Part shown: in pieces, positions 1 to 10,224 of the stretch | Position numbering within the stretch: position 1 is the first letter of the stretch | How the letters are laid out: each line of letters begins with the position of its first letter | NCBI GenBank assembly: GCA_048937405.1 | Contig: JBHLNF010000005.1 | Span: 192,001 to 256,000 of the forward strand | DNA from: Promethearchaeota archaeon | GTDB taxonomy: Archaea; Asgardarchaeota; Lokiarchaeia; Sigyniarchaeales; SOKP01 | DNA: 64,000 bases | Direction of reading: 5' to 3' | Position numbers and translations under genes: made by a program | The notes under the pieces: model-generated | The model's database searches: none | What the model was told of the DNA's origin: nothing | Seen by the model: only the letters and a program-made list of their open reading frames with translations

Positions 1-1
1 T

Positions 2-280
2 GGTAAACAAATAAATATGGATATGGCAGATTTTGAATTTACGGGTATTGCATATTTTTCAGAATATGGTGTTGAGATTATTAGACGAATATATAATGAG
101 TGCAATTTGACCCATAAGGGAAAATTTCATGAAGCAGATTCATTTCAGAAAGCATCTTTTGTAGATCTGATACAAGAAGTAATAGATAGAGGTTTCAGAG
201 TGGACATTTTGGAAGTTCATAAAGGATGGTTTGAACTCCATAATAAAAAAGATGTTGAGGTAGCTGAAAGATTAATCTAA
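2..280 (+). CDS. C-terminal part of an NTP-transferase (LicC/PntC-like) domain protein, truncated by the window start; possibly the tail of a PEP-mutase-associated protein
   Basis: Frame is open from base 2; EFTGIAYFS and terminal KGWFELHNKKD motifs fit cytidylyltransferase-like domains; sits in a phosphonate cluster. Confidence 0.6.
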   Translation, partial: GKQINMDMADFEFTGIAYFSEYGVEIIRRIYNECNLTHKGKFHEADSFQKASFVDLIQEVIDRGFRVDILEVHKGWFELHNKKDVEVAERLI

Positions 281-304
281 TTTTAAATAAGAGTAGGTTA
301 TAGG

Positions 305-1441
305 ATGAATGAATATATAGGATATGGTTCTATATCGAAGCTTAAATATATTTTAAAGAATGAAAATTTCAAAGATATTTTTCTTATAACTGGAAATTCA
401 AAGTTAGAATTAAACAATATCAATAAAGTTAAAACTATTGTAAAGAAATATTCAAATTTCTTTCATTTTAATGATATTGCTCCAACTCCTTCAGTCTTGG
501 GTATTGAAAAAGCATTAAATTCTTTTAAAAAGAAGAAATATGATTCTATTATTGCATTGGGAGGAGGATCAGTCTTAGATATTGGAAAAAGTGTTTCAAT
601 TTTTTCTACTAATGAAGGAAAAATAGAAGATTATCTTCTAAAAAAAGAAAAACTGAGAAGAAAAGGAATCCCTTTAATATTAATTCCAACAACCTCAGGA
701 ACTGGAAGTGAAGCAACTCACTTTGCTGTTATATTTATTGAAAAAACAAAATATTCTCTGGCAGATCCAATATTAATTTCTCCAAAATATACTATTGTAG
801 ATCCTGAACTAACATACAGTCTTCCAAAAAGAATTACTGCATATACTGGTATGGATGCATTATGTCAAGCGATTGAATCTTATTGGAATATTAATTCTAC
901 AAATGAATCCAAGAATTACGCAAAAAAAGCGATAAAACTCATATTGAAAAACTTATTTAATGCCGTTCACAATCCTGATAAAAAATCAAGATATAGTATG
1001 GCAATTGCTGCACATTTTTCTGGTAAAGCAATTAATATTACAAAAACTACTGCTTGTCATGCTATCTCATATCCTATTACCTCATATTTTAATGTACCAC
1101 ATGGACATGCGGTAGCTCTAACTTTACCATCAATGTTTATTTTTAATTCAAATGCAAATGAAAAAGATATCAATGATCTTCGTGGAGTTGATTTTGTTAA
1201 AATGACAATGAATGAACTCATCTCAATTCTAGGAGTTTCTAATTTTACTGACGCAAAAAATAAAATTAAAAATTTAATTAAAAATATAGGTTTAGAAACA
1301 AATCTAGGAGATTTAGGGATAAAAACTCAAGATGATATAGAAATAATTATAAAAAATGGATTTAATCCAGAAAGAGTTAAAAATAATCCCAGAATTTTAA
1401 CTGAAACTCAATTAAGAGAGATTTTAGAGGATATTAAATGA
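305..1441 (+). CDS. Phosphonoacetaldehyde reductase (iron-containing alcohol dehydrogenase, PhpC-like)
   Basis: GGGSVLD, PTTSGTGSEAT, GMDALCQAIES, TTACHAISYP and PHGHA motifs; near Ppd. Confidence 0.8.
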   Translation: MNEYIGYGSISKLKYILKNENFKDIFLITGNSKLELNNINKVKTIVKKYSNFFHFNDIAPTPSVLGIEKALNSFKKKKYDSIIALGGGSVLDIGKSVSIFSTNEGKIEDYLLKKEKLRRKGIPLILIPTTSGTGSEATHFAVIFIEKTKYSLADPILISPKYTIVDPELTYSLPKRITAYTGMDALCQAIESYWNINSTNESKNYAKKAIKLILKNLFNAVHNPDKKSRYSMAIAAHFSGKAINITKTTACHAISYPITSYFNVPHGHAVALTLPSMFIFNSNANEKDINDLRGVDFVKMTMNELISILGVSNFTDAKNKIKNLIKNIGLETNLGDLGIKTQDDIEIIIKNGFNPERVKNNPRILTETQLREILEDIK

Positions 1442-2154
1442 AAGTATTATTGTTAAACTCAGGTATTGGAAAAAGATTAGCTCCATTAACGAATAACTTA
1501 CCAAAATGTCTTATAAAAATATCAGATAATGAAACTATATTAGACCATCAATTAAAGAGTATAATAAAGTGTGGTTTCACAGAATTTATCATTACTACTG
1601 GTCCATTTGAGGATAAAATCAAAAATCATATTGAAAAATTTTATCCTTCTATTTATGTTGACTATGTAATTAACCCATTATATAACAAAACTAACTATAT
1701 TTATTCTCTTTATTTAACGCGGAATAAAATCAATGATGATGTCCTATATTCACATGGTGATTTAATCTTTTCTGAAAATTTAGTAAAATTATTGCTTGAA
1801 TCTAAGTATAAGGATTGTGTATTAGTAAATAAAGATATTCCACCTCCAGAAAAAGATTTTAAATCAAAAATTCTTGATAATAGAATATTTAAAATAGGCG
1901 TTAATTTGAAAGGTGTTAGTACAGCTTTTTTAGCTCCATTATATAAATTAACAAAAAATTTTATGTTAAGATGGATTCAAGAAATTGAATTTTTCATAGA
2001 AAATAAGAGAGTAAATTGCTATGCCGAAGATGCTTTAAATGAAATTTTAAATGAACTTATTTTAAAACCTTGTTATTATAATGAATTTTGTGTTGAAATT
2101 GATGATTATCAAGATTTAGAAGGAGTTAAAAATTATTTAAACAAATATATATAA
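1438..2154 (+). CDS. Phosphocholine/phosphonate cytidylyltransferase family (LicC/PntC-like)
   Basis: LNSGIGKRL..T...PKCL, NYIYSL, GD and EIDD motifs; ATGA overlap with the upstream gene. Confidence 0.75.
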   Translation: MKVLLLNSGIGKRLAPLTNNLPKCLIKISDNETILDHQLKSIIKCGFTEFIITTGPFEDKIKNHIEKFYPSIYVDYVINPLYNKTNYIYSLYLTRNKINDDVLYSHGDLIFSENLVKLLLESKYKDCVLVNKDIPPPEKDFKSKILDNRIFKIGVNLKGVSTAFLAPLYKLTKNFMLRWIQEIEFFIENKRVNCYAEDALNEILNELILKPCYYNEFCVEIDDYQDLEGVKNYLNKYI

Positions 2155-2170
2155 AAATTTAGATAATTCA

Positions 2171-3316
2171 ATGGTAAAAATGATTGTGTGTGAAGAATTT
2201 ATAAAAATTTTAGAGAAATATGATTTTACTTTTTTTACGGGTATCCCAGACTCAACTTTTAAGGATTTGATGAAATATTTAACTGATAATCCTAATGGGA
2301 ACCTTAAAAATATAGTTGCCTGTAATGAATGTGAAGCAATTGCTATAGCGTCAGGTTATCATTTAGCAACAAATAATATAGGAATTGTTTATATGCAAAA
2401 TTCTGGATTTGGAAAAACTGTTAACCCTCTTACATCTTTATGTGATCCTGAAGTATATTCAATACCTATCCTTTTAATGATTGGATGGCGGGGAGAACCA
2501 AACATAATGGATGCCCCACAACATAAAAAAATGGGAATAATTACATTACCTATTTTGGAAACTCTCCAAATACCTTATGAAGTATTGGAACCTAATCTAC
2601 AAAAGATAGATAAAGCATTAAATCACGCATTAGACTATTTTACCAACAAAAAAGGACCCTATGCTTTAATATTTCGGAGGAATTTCTTTCAAAATTATGA
2701 AATGAAGACTTCTTTAACAAATAATTATCATTTAACTACAAGGGAAGTTATTCAGATAATTTTAGATAGTTTTTCTACTGATGAAATTGTAGTTTCTACT
2801 ACTGGTTATATATCGAGAAGAATTTTTGAATATAGAGAAAAAAATATAAAAGATCATCATAAAAGTTTCTATAATATAGGTTCAATGGGATGTGCTAGCT
2901 CTATTGGATTAAGTATAGCTCTACAAAAACAAAAGAATAGGGTTATTGTTTTTGATGGGGATGGTGCTGCTATAATGCAAATGGGGGCATTTTCAACTAT
3001 AGGAAAATATGCACCTTCTAATTTTGTTCATATAATTATAGATAATGAAGCTCATGAATCTACTGGGTGTCAACCAACAAATTCAGCTAGTATAAAATTT
3101 ATAGATATAGCTAGAGCATCCAATTATAAGTGGAATGTTAAGGTTGAGAGAAAAGATGAATTATATGAAGTTTTAGATATTATTCAAAATCGAAATGGAC
3201 CAATTTTAATTGTAATAAAAACAAAGATTCATTCTGAACCAGATTTGAAAAGACCAGATAAACTTCCAAGGGAATATAAAAAAGACTTTATGAGGTATCT
3301 ATCTAAATTAAACTAG
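2171..3316 (+). CDS. aepY: Phosphonopyruvate decarboxylase (ThDP-dependent)
   Basis: FFTGIPDS, YMQNSG..VNPLTSL, IGWRGEP..DAPQH, GSMG and DGDG motifs. Confidence 0.85.
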   Translation: MVKMIVCEEFIKILEKYDFTFFTGIPDSTFKDLMKYLTDNPNGNLKNIVACNECEAIAIASGYHLATNNIGIVYMQNSGFGKTVNPLTSLCDPEVYSIPILLMIGWRGEPNIMDAPQHKKMGIITLPILETLQIPYEVLEPNLQKIDKALNHALDYFTNKKGPYALIFRRNFFQNYEMKTSLTNNYHLTTREVIQIILDSFSTDEIVVSTTGYISRRIFEYREKNIKDHHKSFYNIGSMGCASSIGLSIALQKQKNRVIVFDGDGAAIMQMGAFSTIGKYAPSNFVHIIIDNEAHESTGCQPTNSASIKFIDIARASNYKWNVKVERKDELYEVLDIIQNRNGPILIVIKTKIHSEPDLKRPDKLPREYKKDFMRYLSKLN

Positions 3317-3459
3317 TGATTTATAAACTAAATATTAAAATAATTTTCTTCATGAAATTTTTATTTATTATAAAATTTCATTAGATAATTTAAAAACTCA
3401 TGATTAAGTTAAAATTTAAAATACTAATTAATTAACCAGAAAAAAGAGTTAAATGATTT

Positions 3460-4431
3460 ATGACACTTGAAGATAGAAGAATTTTAGTTACTGGTGCTGC
3501 AGGATTTATTGGGAGTAATTTAACTGATAAATTACTTAATTCAGGTGCAAATGTAATTGGTATTGATAATCTATTTAATGGGCGATTGGAAAACCTAGAT
3601 AAGGCTTTTAATAATAAAAATTTTCATTTCTATAAAGGAGATATAAGGGATTTTAATTTTTTACTTGACATTTTTAAAGATATTGATATAATTTTTCACG
3701 AAGCTGCATTTACTAGTGTCCCTCAGTCAGTTATAATGCCCGAATCTTGTAATGATGTTAATGTAAATGGTACTTTAAATGTGTTAAATGCTGCTAGGAA
3801 AAGAGATGTTGAAAGAATTATTTTTGCTTCGAGTTCAGGAGTATATGGAGATACTCCAACATTACCCAAAAAAGAAAGTATGCCAAGAATACCAATATCT
3901 CCTTATGGTGTAGCTAAATTAGCTTGTGAAGCATATATGCAGGCTTTTTATCATGTTTATGGTTTAAATACGCTTTCTTTAAGATATTTTAATGTTTTTG
4001 GACCTAGACAACGAGATTCTCCATATAGTGGGGTAATTGCAATTTGGCTTGGAAAATTAATCAGTAATAACAATTTAATAATATTTGGTGATGGAGATCA
4101 ATCAAGAGATTTTACATATATTAAAGATGTTATTCAAGCAAATATCTTAGCAGTTGAAAATACAATTTCAGGAGAAATATTTAATATTGGTGCGGGGGTT
4201 CCAATAAAAGTATTAGATCTTGCAAAATTAATGCTAAAACTCACAAATAAAGAGGATTTAAAAATCATTTTTGATCCTCCAAGACCTGGAGATATAATGC
4301 ACAGTTATGCTGATATTTCAAAAGCTAAAGAGTTTTTAAAATTTCAACCAAAATACAATCAAGAACAAGGTCTAAGAGATTACTTTAAATGGTATTTTGA
4401 AAAATATAAGATTAATTTAATTTTAAATTAA
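3460..4431 (+). CDS. NAD-dependent nucleotide-sugar epimerase/dehydratase (extended SDR)
   Basis: GAAGFIGS, YGVAK (YxxxK) and LRYFNVFGPRQ. Confidence 0.9.
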   Translation: MTLEDRRILVTGAAGFIGSNLTDKLLNSGANVIGIDNLFNGRLENLDKAFNNKNFHFYKGDIRDFNFLLDIFKDIDIIFHEAAFTSVPQSVIMPESCNDVNVNGTLNVLNAARKRDVERIIFASSSGVYGDTPTLPKKESMPRIPISPYGVAKLACEAYMQAFYHVYGLNTLSLRYFNVFGPRQRDSPYSGVIAIWLGKLISNNNLIIFGDGDQSRDFTYIKDVIQANILAVENTISGEIFNIGAGVPIKVLDLAKLMLKLTNKEDLKIIFDPPRPGDIMHSYADISKAKEFLKFQPKYNQEQGLRDYFKWYFEKYKINLILN

Positions 4432-4445
4432 ATATAAGTACAACC

Positions 4446-6731
4446 ATGGAAATTTTTAGAAGTAAATTCAAAAATATTCTAATTTTTCTATATTCAAGAA
4501 TTCATTTAGTTGTCTTTTTAATTTCAGTTACTTCTCTTATATTCATTTTTTTTAAAATTATTAATTTAGAATTAATTTTAGGATTTTCAGAAAATTTGTT
4601 TTTTGCCTCAGTCTTTCAAACATTGGTTATTTTAAGTACAATTTATACTATTTTATTTTTACCGACTTATCCAGTTTTTTTCATAATTTTTAAAGAGAAG
4701 TCTTTCAATTATTTAGAAAAATTAAGTTTAACTATAGTCATAAATTCTGCTTTTTACATTCTCATGGGATATATGGGATTTCTCATTAGAATTCCGTTAA
4801 CCAAATTCTTTTTCTTTTTTTCAGCATCAATTTTTTTTTTTTTAATAATTGGATATATTATCATTTTCGAATCTAAGAAAAATCTATATGTTTTTATCAG
4901 ATCAAAAGATATTTCTACTTTAAAGAAAGAGAATTTAAGTATAATTTATTTCATTAAATATCTCAAAAATTTATTCTCTTTTAATATTATTTTATTAATA
5001 GTTTTCTTATTTCTTATTTGTATTTTAAATATCGTCAAAGTTAATAATTTTATTGGAACTGATCCTTGGCTTCATATCCTTAATAGTACAGTTCTTACAG
5101 ATCTTAATATTTTACCTTTGGAAGGATATCATGGTACGATGGGATTAAACATATTTGAAGGCGTAATCTATTTCTTTTCTGGAATAGAACACATTCGTAT
5201 ACCCAGTTATTTTGTATTTTACACATTCTTTGTGTCAGGTTTAATTTTTTATAATATTTGTATGAGAATTTTTAAAGATCAAAATTTAGCCATATTTGGA
5301 GTATTTCTTTTAGAATTTTCTTCTTTAGGTTTCTCCGTAATGATGATTCAATATTGGCCTTCTGGTTCAGCATTAATTAAATGTTTAATGATTTTTTTCC
5401 TTTTATATGTAAGACTCGAGAATTTTATTAAATCAGAACGTCCTTCTAAAAGAACTATTTTCTTAAATATATATTTTGATTATGCATTAATTACATTAAT
5501 TTTTATCAGCTCAGTTCTCACCCATGATGTAACAACGTTATTCTTCTTGTTTTCTTTTCTATGGTTATATTTAATTTATTTTTTAAGAGATTATAGGAGA
5601 GGATTTGATTTTATATTCTTATGCTTATTATTAGTCTTATTTCTTGTTTTTTCTATTTTTGGAATAGGTGAAGGACATTACTGGTTTATTGAATCATTAG
5701 AAATTTCATGGTACTATCTTGTTTTAGGGATTTTAACAGGTGGTCCAATATTGATAATTATTTTGTGGAAATTTAGTAAATCAATTAATTTTACTAATGG
5801 AAAATTTAGTGCTACAATTAAGGGAGAAACTAGTATCCATTATAAAAAAATTGAGGAGAAGATAATAATTCCGCTAATTTCAAGTGTTATATTCTTATCC
5901 CTTATGATTTTTTTAATACTAGACAATATTTGGATGAATATAGGAATAATAAATATCCTTTATATGATTGAGATAATAACGATAAGTAGTTTCGCTATTT
6001 GGGGGTTAATTATCTTCCAAAAAAAACAAAGTGGTAAAGCATTGTTTATCTGGGGAATAGGATTATTATTATTCCTATTAACTGGATTTGTATTTGATTT
6101 CTTTGTATTGAATAATATGATTTGGCAGAGAATACTCTATTTAATCCCTCCTATTATTGTCTTCGGATTTCTAGCGTATATATATAAACTCATTAAATTA
6201 AATTCTTTTAGAACATTTCAAAAGAAATTTGTATTTTTGTTTATTATATTATTTTCACTATTTGTTTCTTACTTTTATGAATCAAAATCTTTTGAGATTT
6301 TTATATTAAAAGATAGAGAAATTAGCTCAATTCAATGGTATTCTAATAGGACAAATAATAAAAATGTTATAATTACTGAAGTTGGCTGGAGTCATGTTTT
6401 TAGATATTATGATTATCTTTATGGTAATAATTCAGAACCACTTCCTTATGATCAAAATTTTTATTTTCTAAAATCCAAAATAGATCTTTTTCCTCCAAAT
6501 AATCACTACAATGAAAGTGAGGTAAATATTTTAGAGTATATTAAAGGCAAATATAATACTGATGTCTTTATCCTATTTGCAGACGATTATATTATTAACA
6601 GAGGTTTTGATTTATTTGGTCACTTAAGTGAAGAAGAGAGAGAACAATATTATTCTCTTAATTATTTAAATAAAATTTGCGTTTCAAGCACAGAGGAGGG
6701 AAGAGAAATTCCTTTATATTGGGTTATCTAA
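4446..6731 (+). CDS. Large polytopic membrane protein, possibly a GT-C-fold glycosyltransferase
   Basis: Many hydrophobic helices, GTDPWLH loop after a TM helix, soluble C-terminal domain; follows glycan genes. Confidence 0.5.
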   Translation: MEIFRSKFKNILIFLYSRIHLVVFLISVTSLIFIFFKIINLELILGFSENLFFASVFQTLVILSTIYTILFLPTYPVFFIIFKEKSFNYLEKLSLTIVINSAFYILMGYMGFLIRIPLTKFFFFFSASIFFFLIIGYIIIFESKKNLYVFIRSKDISTLKKENLSIIYFIKYLKNLFSFNIILLIVFLFLICILNIVKVNNFIGTDPWLHILNSTVLTDLNILPLEGYHGTMGLNIFEGVIYFFSGIEHIRIPSYFVFYTFFVSGLIFYNICMRIFKDQNLAIFGVFLLEFSSLGFSVMMIQYWPSGSALIKCLMIFFLLYVRLENFIKSERPSKRTIFLNIYFDYALITLIFISSVLTHDVTTLFFLFSFLWLYLIYFLRDYRRGFDFIFLCLLLVLFLVFSIFGIGEGHYWFIESLEISWYYLVLGILTGGPILIIILWKFSKSINFTNGKFSATIKGETSIHYKKIEEKIIIPLISSVIFLSLMIFLILDNIWMNIGIINILYMIEIITISSFAIWGLIIFQKKQSGKALFIWGIGLLLFLLTGFVFDFFVLNNMIWQRILYLIPPIIVFGFLAYIYKLIKLNSFRTFQKKFVFLFIILFSLFVSYFYESKSFEIFILKDREISSIQWYSNRTNNKNVIITEVGWSHVFRYYDYLYGNNSEPLPYDQNFYFLKSKIDLFPPNNHYNESEVNILEYIKGKYNTDVFILFADDYIINRGFDLFGHLSEEEREQYYSLNYLNKICVSSTEEGREIPLYWVI

Positions 6732-7521
6732 AGATTTCAAAATCAGCTTCGATAAAAGAACGTAATTTATCTTTTAATATAGTAGTTTTATCTCGTTCAA
6801 TCTTAATTAATTGTGGTAATTTACCTGTATGTCCCACTTTATTTTCTCTCGAAATAAAAGTCCCGATAACTCCCTCAATGTCATTTGCTTTCTCCAATGC
6901 TTTCTTTATAGATTTTTCAATATCTGGCCCTTTAACAACATTACAAATTTTAGTGGCTGCCGCATCTGCTAGAGCACAACTCTTGGCAAAAACAGTGACA
7001 GCATCAGCTTGTCCAAAGCTGATAGCATGACCAACTGTGGCAGAACTTGTTCCTATTCCAATTGGACAATCTTTTTTTTTTATCATAAATCCTAAATTCA
7101 GATTTAATTCATTTTTCCCTGCATATAATGCTATTTTAATAGGTTCTTCAGAATCAACTGCAATTTCACCACCATTTTCAACTAAAGCAACTTTAAAAGA
7201 AGATGGGTTAATATTTTTATAATTATTGTTTGAGTTCATTGCTTCAAGCATCAAATCTGCTAAAGCTCCTGCTACAGAAGCCATTGGTCCGACATCACAT
7301 ATTTCTGCGACTTCTACCATATTATTAATAATTCTTAAGTCAGTATTAACTTTAATCGGAGAAAATGAATTGAGAAAATCTTTATCGTTTTTAATATATT
7401 GCTCTAATAATTCTCGGTGATAATAAAAACACTCTTTTGCCCTTAAAATGGCGTTCTTAGAATCTGATATGATAGTAACATCCGATTCTTTTTCAATAAA
7501 ACGAGTTTTGAAAGTTTTCAA
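6724..7521 (-). CDS. UPF0280/ApbE-like family protein
   Basis: VGPMASVAGA, ENGGEI, GTSSATVGH and ADAAAT motifs. Confidence 0.85.
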   Translation of the reverse strand: MKTFKTRFIEKESDVTIISDSKNAILRAKECFYYHRELLEQYIKNDKDFLNSFSPIKVNTDLRIINNMVEVAEICDVGPMASVAGALADLMLEAMNSNNNYKNINPSSFKVALVENGGEIAVDSEEPIKIALYAGKNELNLNLGFMIKKKDCPIGIGTSSATVGHAISFGQADAVTVFAKSCALADAAATKICNVVKGPDIEKSIKKALEKANDIEGVIGTFISRENKVGHTGKLPQLIKIERDKTTILKDKLRSFIEADFEIFR

Positions 7522-7634
7522 TTATAATTATAAGATGTAATTATTAAATTAGTAATTATATAAGGAGTCTAAGAACTAAACAAATATAAATAAATTCAAT
7601 TTTATTATTAAATTAAAAACTATCTCTCTTAATT

Positions 7635-8126
7635 ATGAATCAAGTTAACTACGAGGAAATAATTTCTCAATTAAAATCTGACCTAAATGCGGAATGTGCT
7701 ATAGCAAATAAGTATGGAATTATTTTAGGATCACTAATAAAAGAATTCGGTAAAGATAAAGTTATTCCACAAGCAATATTATCATTGATTTCTAATTCTA
7801 AAGAAATTGCTAACGAATTAAACTTAAATAAGATAAATTCTTTTGCATTGGAAGCACAAGAGTACAATTATTTGTTTACATTTAGTGATGAATTGATATT
7901 AATCTCAAAATTAGATTTAAATGTTAATTTAGCAAAATTCATGCCAAGTATTAGTGTTTTTTTAAAAAAACTAAGTATGAGCGTAAAAGAAGAAAAGATT
8001 ATGGAATTTTCTGTCTTTGATTTTTCAAAAGAAGTATCTAAAATAGAAGAAACAATAGAGAAAGAAAAAGTTAGGAAAAATAAATATTCTATTATTAAAG
8101 ATTTAGTAAAACATATCTCAAATTGA
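7635..8126 (+). CDS. Hypothetical protein with a roadblock/profilin-like N-terminal domain
   Basis: Helix followed by CAIANKYGIILGS beta-hairpin; co-oriented upstream of a small GTPase; fold inferred. Confidence 0.45.
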   Translation: MNQVNYEEIISQLKSDLNAECAIANKYGIILGSLIKEFGKDKVIPQAILSLISNSKEIANELNLNKINSFALEAQEYNYLFTFSDELILISKLDLNVNLAKFMPSISVFLKKLSMSVKEEKIMEFSVFDFSKEVSKIEETIEKEKVRKNKYSIIKDLVKHISN

Positions 8127-8167
8127 TTTAACAAATTAATAATTATTAATAATCTTGGTGAAACATC

Positions 8168-10045
8168 ATTTTAAGGCAAGTATTTATTTATAGAAATAGT
8201 GAACTATTGTACTATAGACATTTTGGAAAAGCTCTGAAACAAAAAGTTTTAGATATTCTAGTAGAAGAAATAACTAATGAAACTATTATAAGAAGTGATT
8301 CAAAAATTGATTTTCATGACTATTATAAGTTTAGAGTTGCATATATTACAGAAAAAAAAAATGATTTAATATTTTTATTTGTAACAAGTTTAACTGACAA
8401 ATTCGAAAATATAAAAAAGGAATTGGAAAAATGCAAGAATGAATTTCTGAATTTATTTGAGGATATACTACAGCATCGATATGACGCTAAAACTTTTGAA
8501 GTTTTTGATCCCACCATTGATTCTATCCATAGAAATTTACGTCCTAAAATATCTTTGGTTGGTTTTTCAGGAGTTGGAAAAACAACAATAACTAAATTAA
8601 TTAAAGCCGATGAAATACCTATGCAACACATACCAACTATTACGGGGGATATAGCAACTATTAGAATTGGGAAACTACATTTTCATTTATGGGATTTCGC
8701 TGGTCAAGAACAATTTAGTTATTTATGGAATAATTTTATAAAAGGTAGTGATGCAGTTCTTTTAATTACTGACTCTACATTAGAAAATGTTGAAAAAAGC
8801 AAATATTTTCTTGAATTAATAAAAGAACAAGCCCCTAATGCTCAATCTGCTGTAATTGGTAATAAACAAGACTTAAAAAACGCAATGAATCCAGTTCAAA
8901 TTGAAAATGTTTTGAGATTAAAAGCATACTCAATGATTGCACTTGAGCCTCAAAATCGTGATAAAATGATACAAATAATTGCAGATGTTTTAGAAATGAG
9001 TGCAGAAGTTTCACCATTATTAAAACCTTTGCTTGAAAGAGATAAATTAACTGAAGAAGCCGTAAATGCCGTAAAAAGTGCGGATTTTGATAAAGCTGCA
9101 TTTTTGTTTGATAAAATTAGTGATTTATGTATAGATTTAGGAGATGATTCTTTAGGACGAGAATTTTTTGAAAAATCACAAAAAATAAAAGAGATGTTAA
9201 AAAAGGTTGGTCCATCTCCACCGACTCAAGCTGTATCTACCGATAAAAAAGAACCAGAAAAAATAATAGTTCAACAAACCACAATAAAACCAGAACCACC
9301 CATATTACCTCCTGAAGATACAAAAAAAATTGAACAAACAATAGAAATAATGAAAAGTGAAGAAACTTCAGGACTGTCCAAATCAGATATGAATGAAAAA
9401 GTATCCGAACCAGTTACAAAAATTCCTGAGGAAACAGAATCATCTAAAGAAATTATTATTCCAAAAGAAAAAATTAGTTTAAAATTGAATCCAGAAGATT
9501 TTTTGGTAAAATCAAGACCAAAAACTGTAGAAATTGTTCCAGAAGATGCAAAATCAAAATTAAAAATGTCAAATTTAGCACAAACAAAACCCACCGAAAA
9601 ATCTAATGTCTTAACACCTGTTTCACCAATTAAATTAATGGAACAAAAACAAAAAATAAAGCCACCTCCTAAAACATCTAGTATCTCAAGAGAGCCATTA
9701 ATTTCTGTAGAAAGCAAAATCTCAACAAATAAAATATCTTCAGTTGAAAAAGAAATATCAACAAGTGCTATTGAAGAAAAAACAGAAATTCCATCCAAGC
9801 CCGATAAGAAAACGCAAGAAACTCAAGTAATTGAAAGTAATCAAGCAGAAAGTTTGAAGAAATCAATATTAGATCTAAAAATAAAAAAAGCGAATTTAAC
9901 AAAGATGGCTCTTGATTTCGATATGAAGGAACTTACGGGTGAAATTACATCAGAAGAGTTAAACGAAAAAAAAGCAAAAATTAATGAGTTAATTCAAAAA
10001 GTTGATAACGAAATTCAAGATTTACAAAAACTTTTGAATACTTAA
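8168..10045 (+). CDS. Longin-like domain + Arf-like small GTPase + helical region + Pro/Lys/Glu-rich linker + C-terminal coiled coil; probable ATT start
   Basis: GFSGVGKT, PTI, WDFAGQ and NKQD motifs; frame extends to ATT at 8168 (ILRQVFIYRNSELLYYRHFG) just after an SD-like GGTGA. Confidence 0.8.
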   Translation: MLRQVFIYRNSELLYYRHFGKALKQKVLDILVEEITNETIIRSDSKIDFHDYYKFRVAYITEKKNDLIFLFVTSLTDKFENIKKELEKCKNEFLNLFEDILQHRYDAKTFEVFDPTIDSIHRNLRPKISLVGFSGVGKTTITKLIKADEIPMQHIPTITGDIATIRIGKLHFHLWDFAGQEQFSYLWNNFIKGSDAVLLITDSTLENVEKSKYFLELIKEQAPNAQSAVIGNKQDLKNAMNPVQIENVLRLKAYSMIALEPQNRDKMIQIIADVLEMSAEVSPLLKPLLERDKLTEEAVNAVKSADFDKAAFLFDKISDLCIDLGDDSLGREFFEKSQKIKEMLKKVGPSPPTQAVSTDKKEPEKIIVQQTTIKPEPPILPPEDTKKIEQTIEIMKSEETSGLSKSDMNEKVSEPVTKIPEETESSKEIIIPKEKISLKLNPEDFLVKSRPKTVEIVPEDAKSKLKMSNLAQTKPTEKSNVLTPVSPIKLMEQKQKIKPPPKTSSISREPLISVESKISTNKISSVEKEISTSAIEEKTEIPSKPDKKTQETQVIESNQAESLKKSILDLKIKKANLTKMALDFDMKELTGEITSEELNEKKAKINELIQKVDNEIQDLQKLLNT

Positions 10046-10224
10046 GGAAATAATTTATTTAATATTATTGTATTACTTTTTTAATTATTAGATTTAAAAA
10101 AAAAACCTTCTTTTATTAATATTTATATTATCAATAAATACTACAAATATGTATATTAGAATAGAATATAAATAACAAGAATTTATGATTACCTCTTCAG
10201 CATGGATGATGTCTATCTAAAAAA

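Noticed and set aside
6677-7420. Plus-strand ORFs antisense to the UPF0280 gene, and similar short antisense ORFs throughout the track (e.g. 9271-9798, 23399-23722, 54636-55052)
   Set aside because: They lie opposite well-supported genes and have no motifs; shadow ORFs
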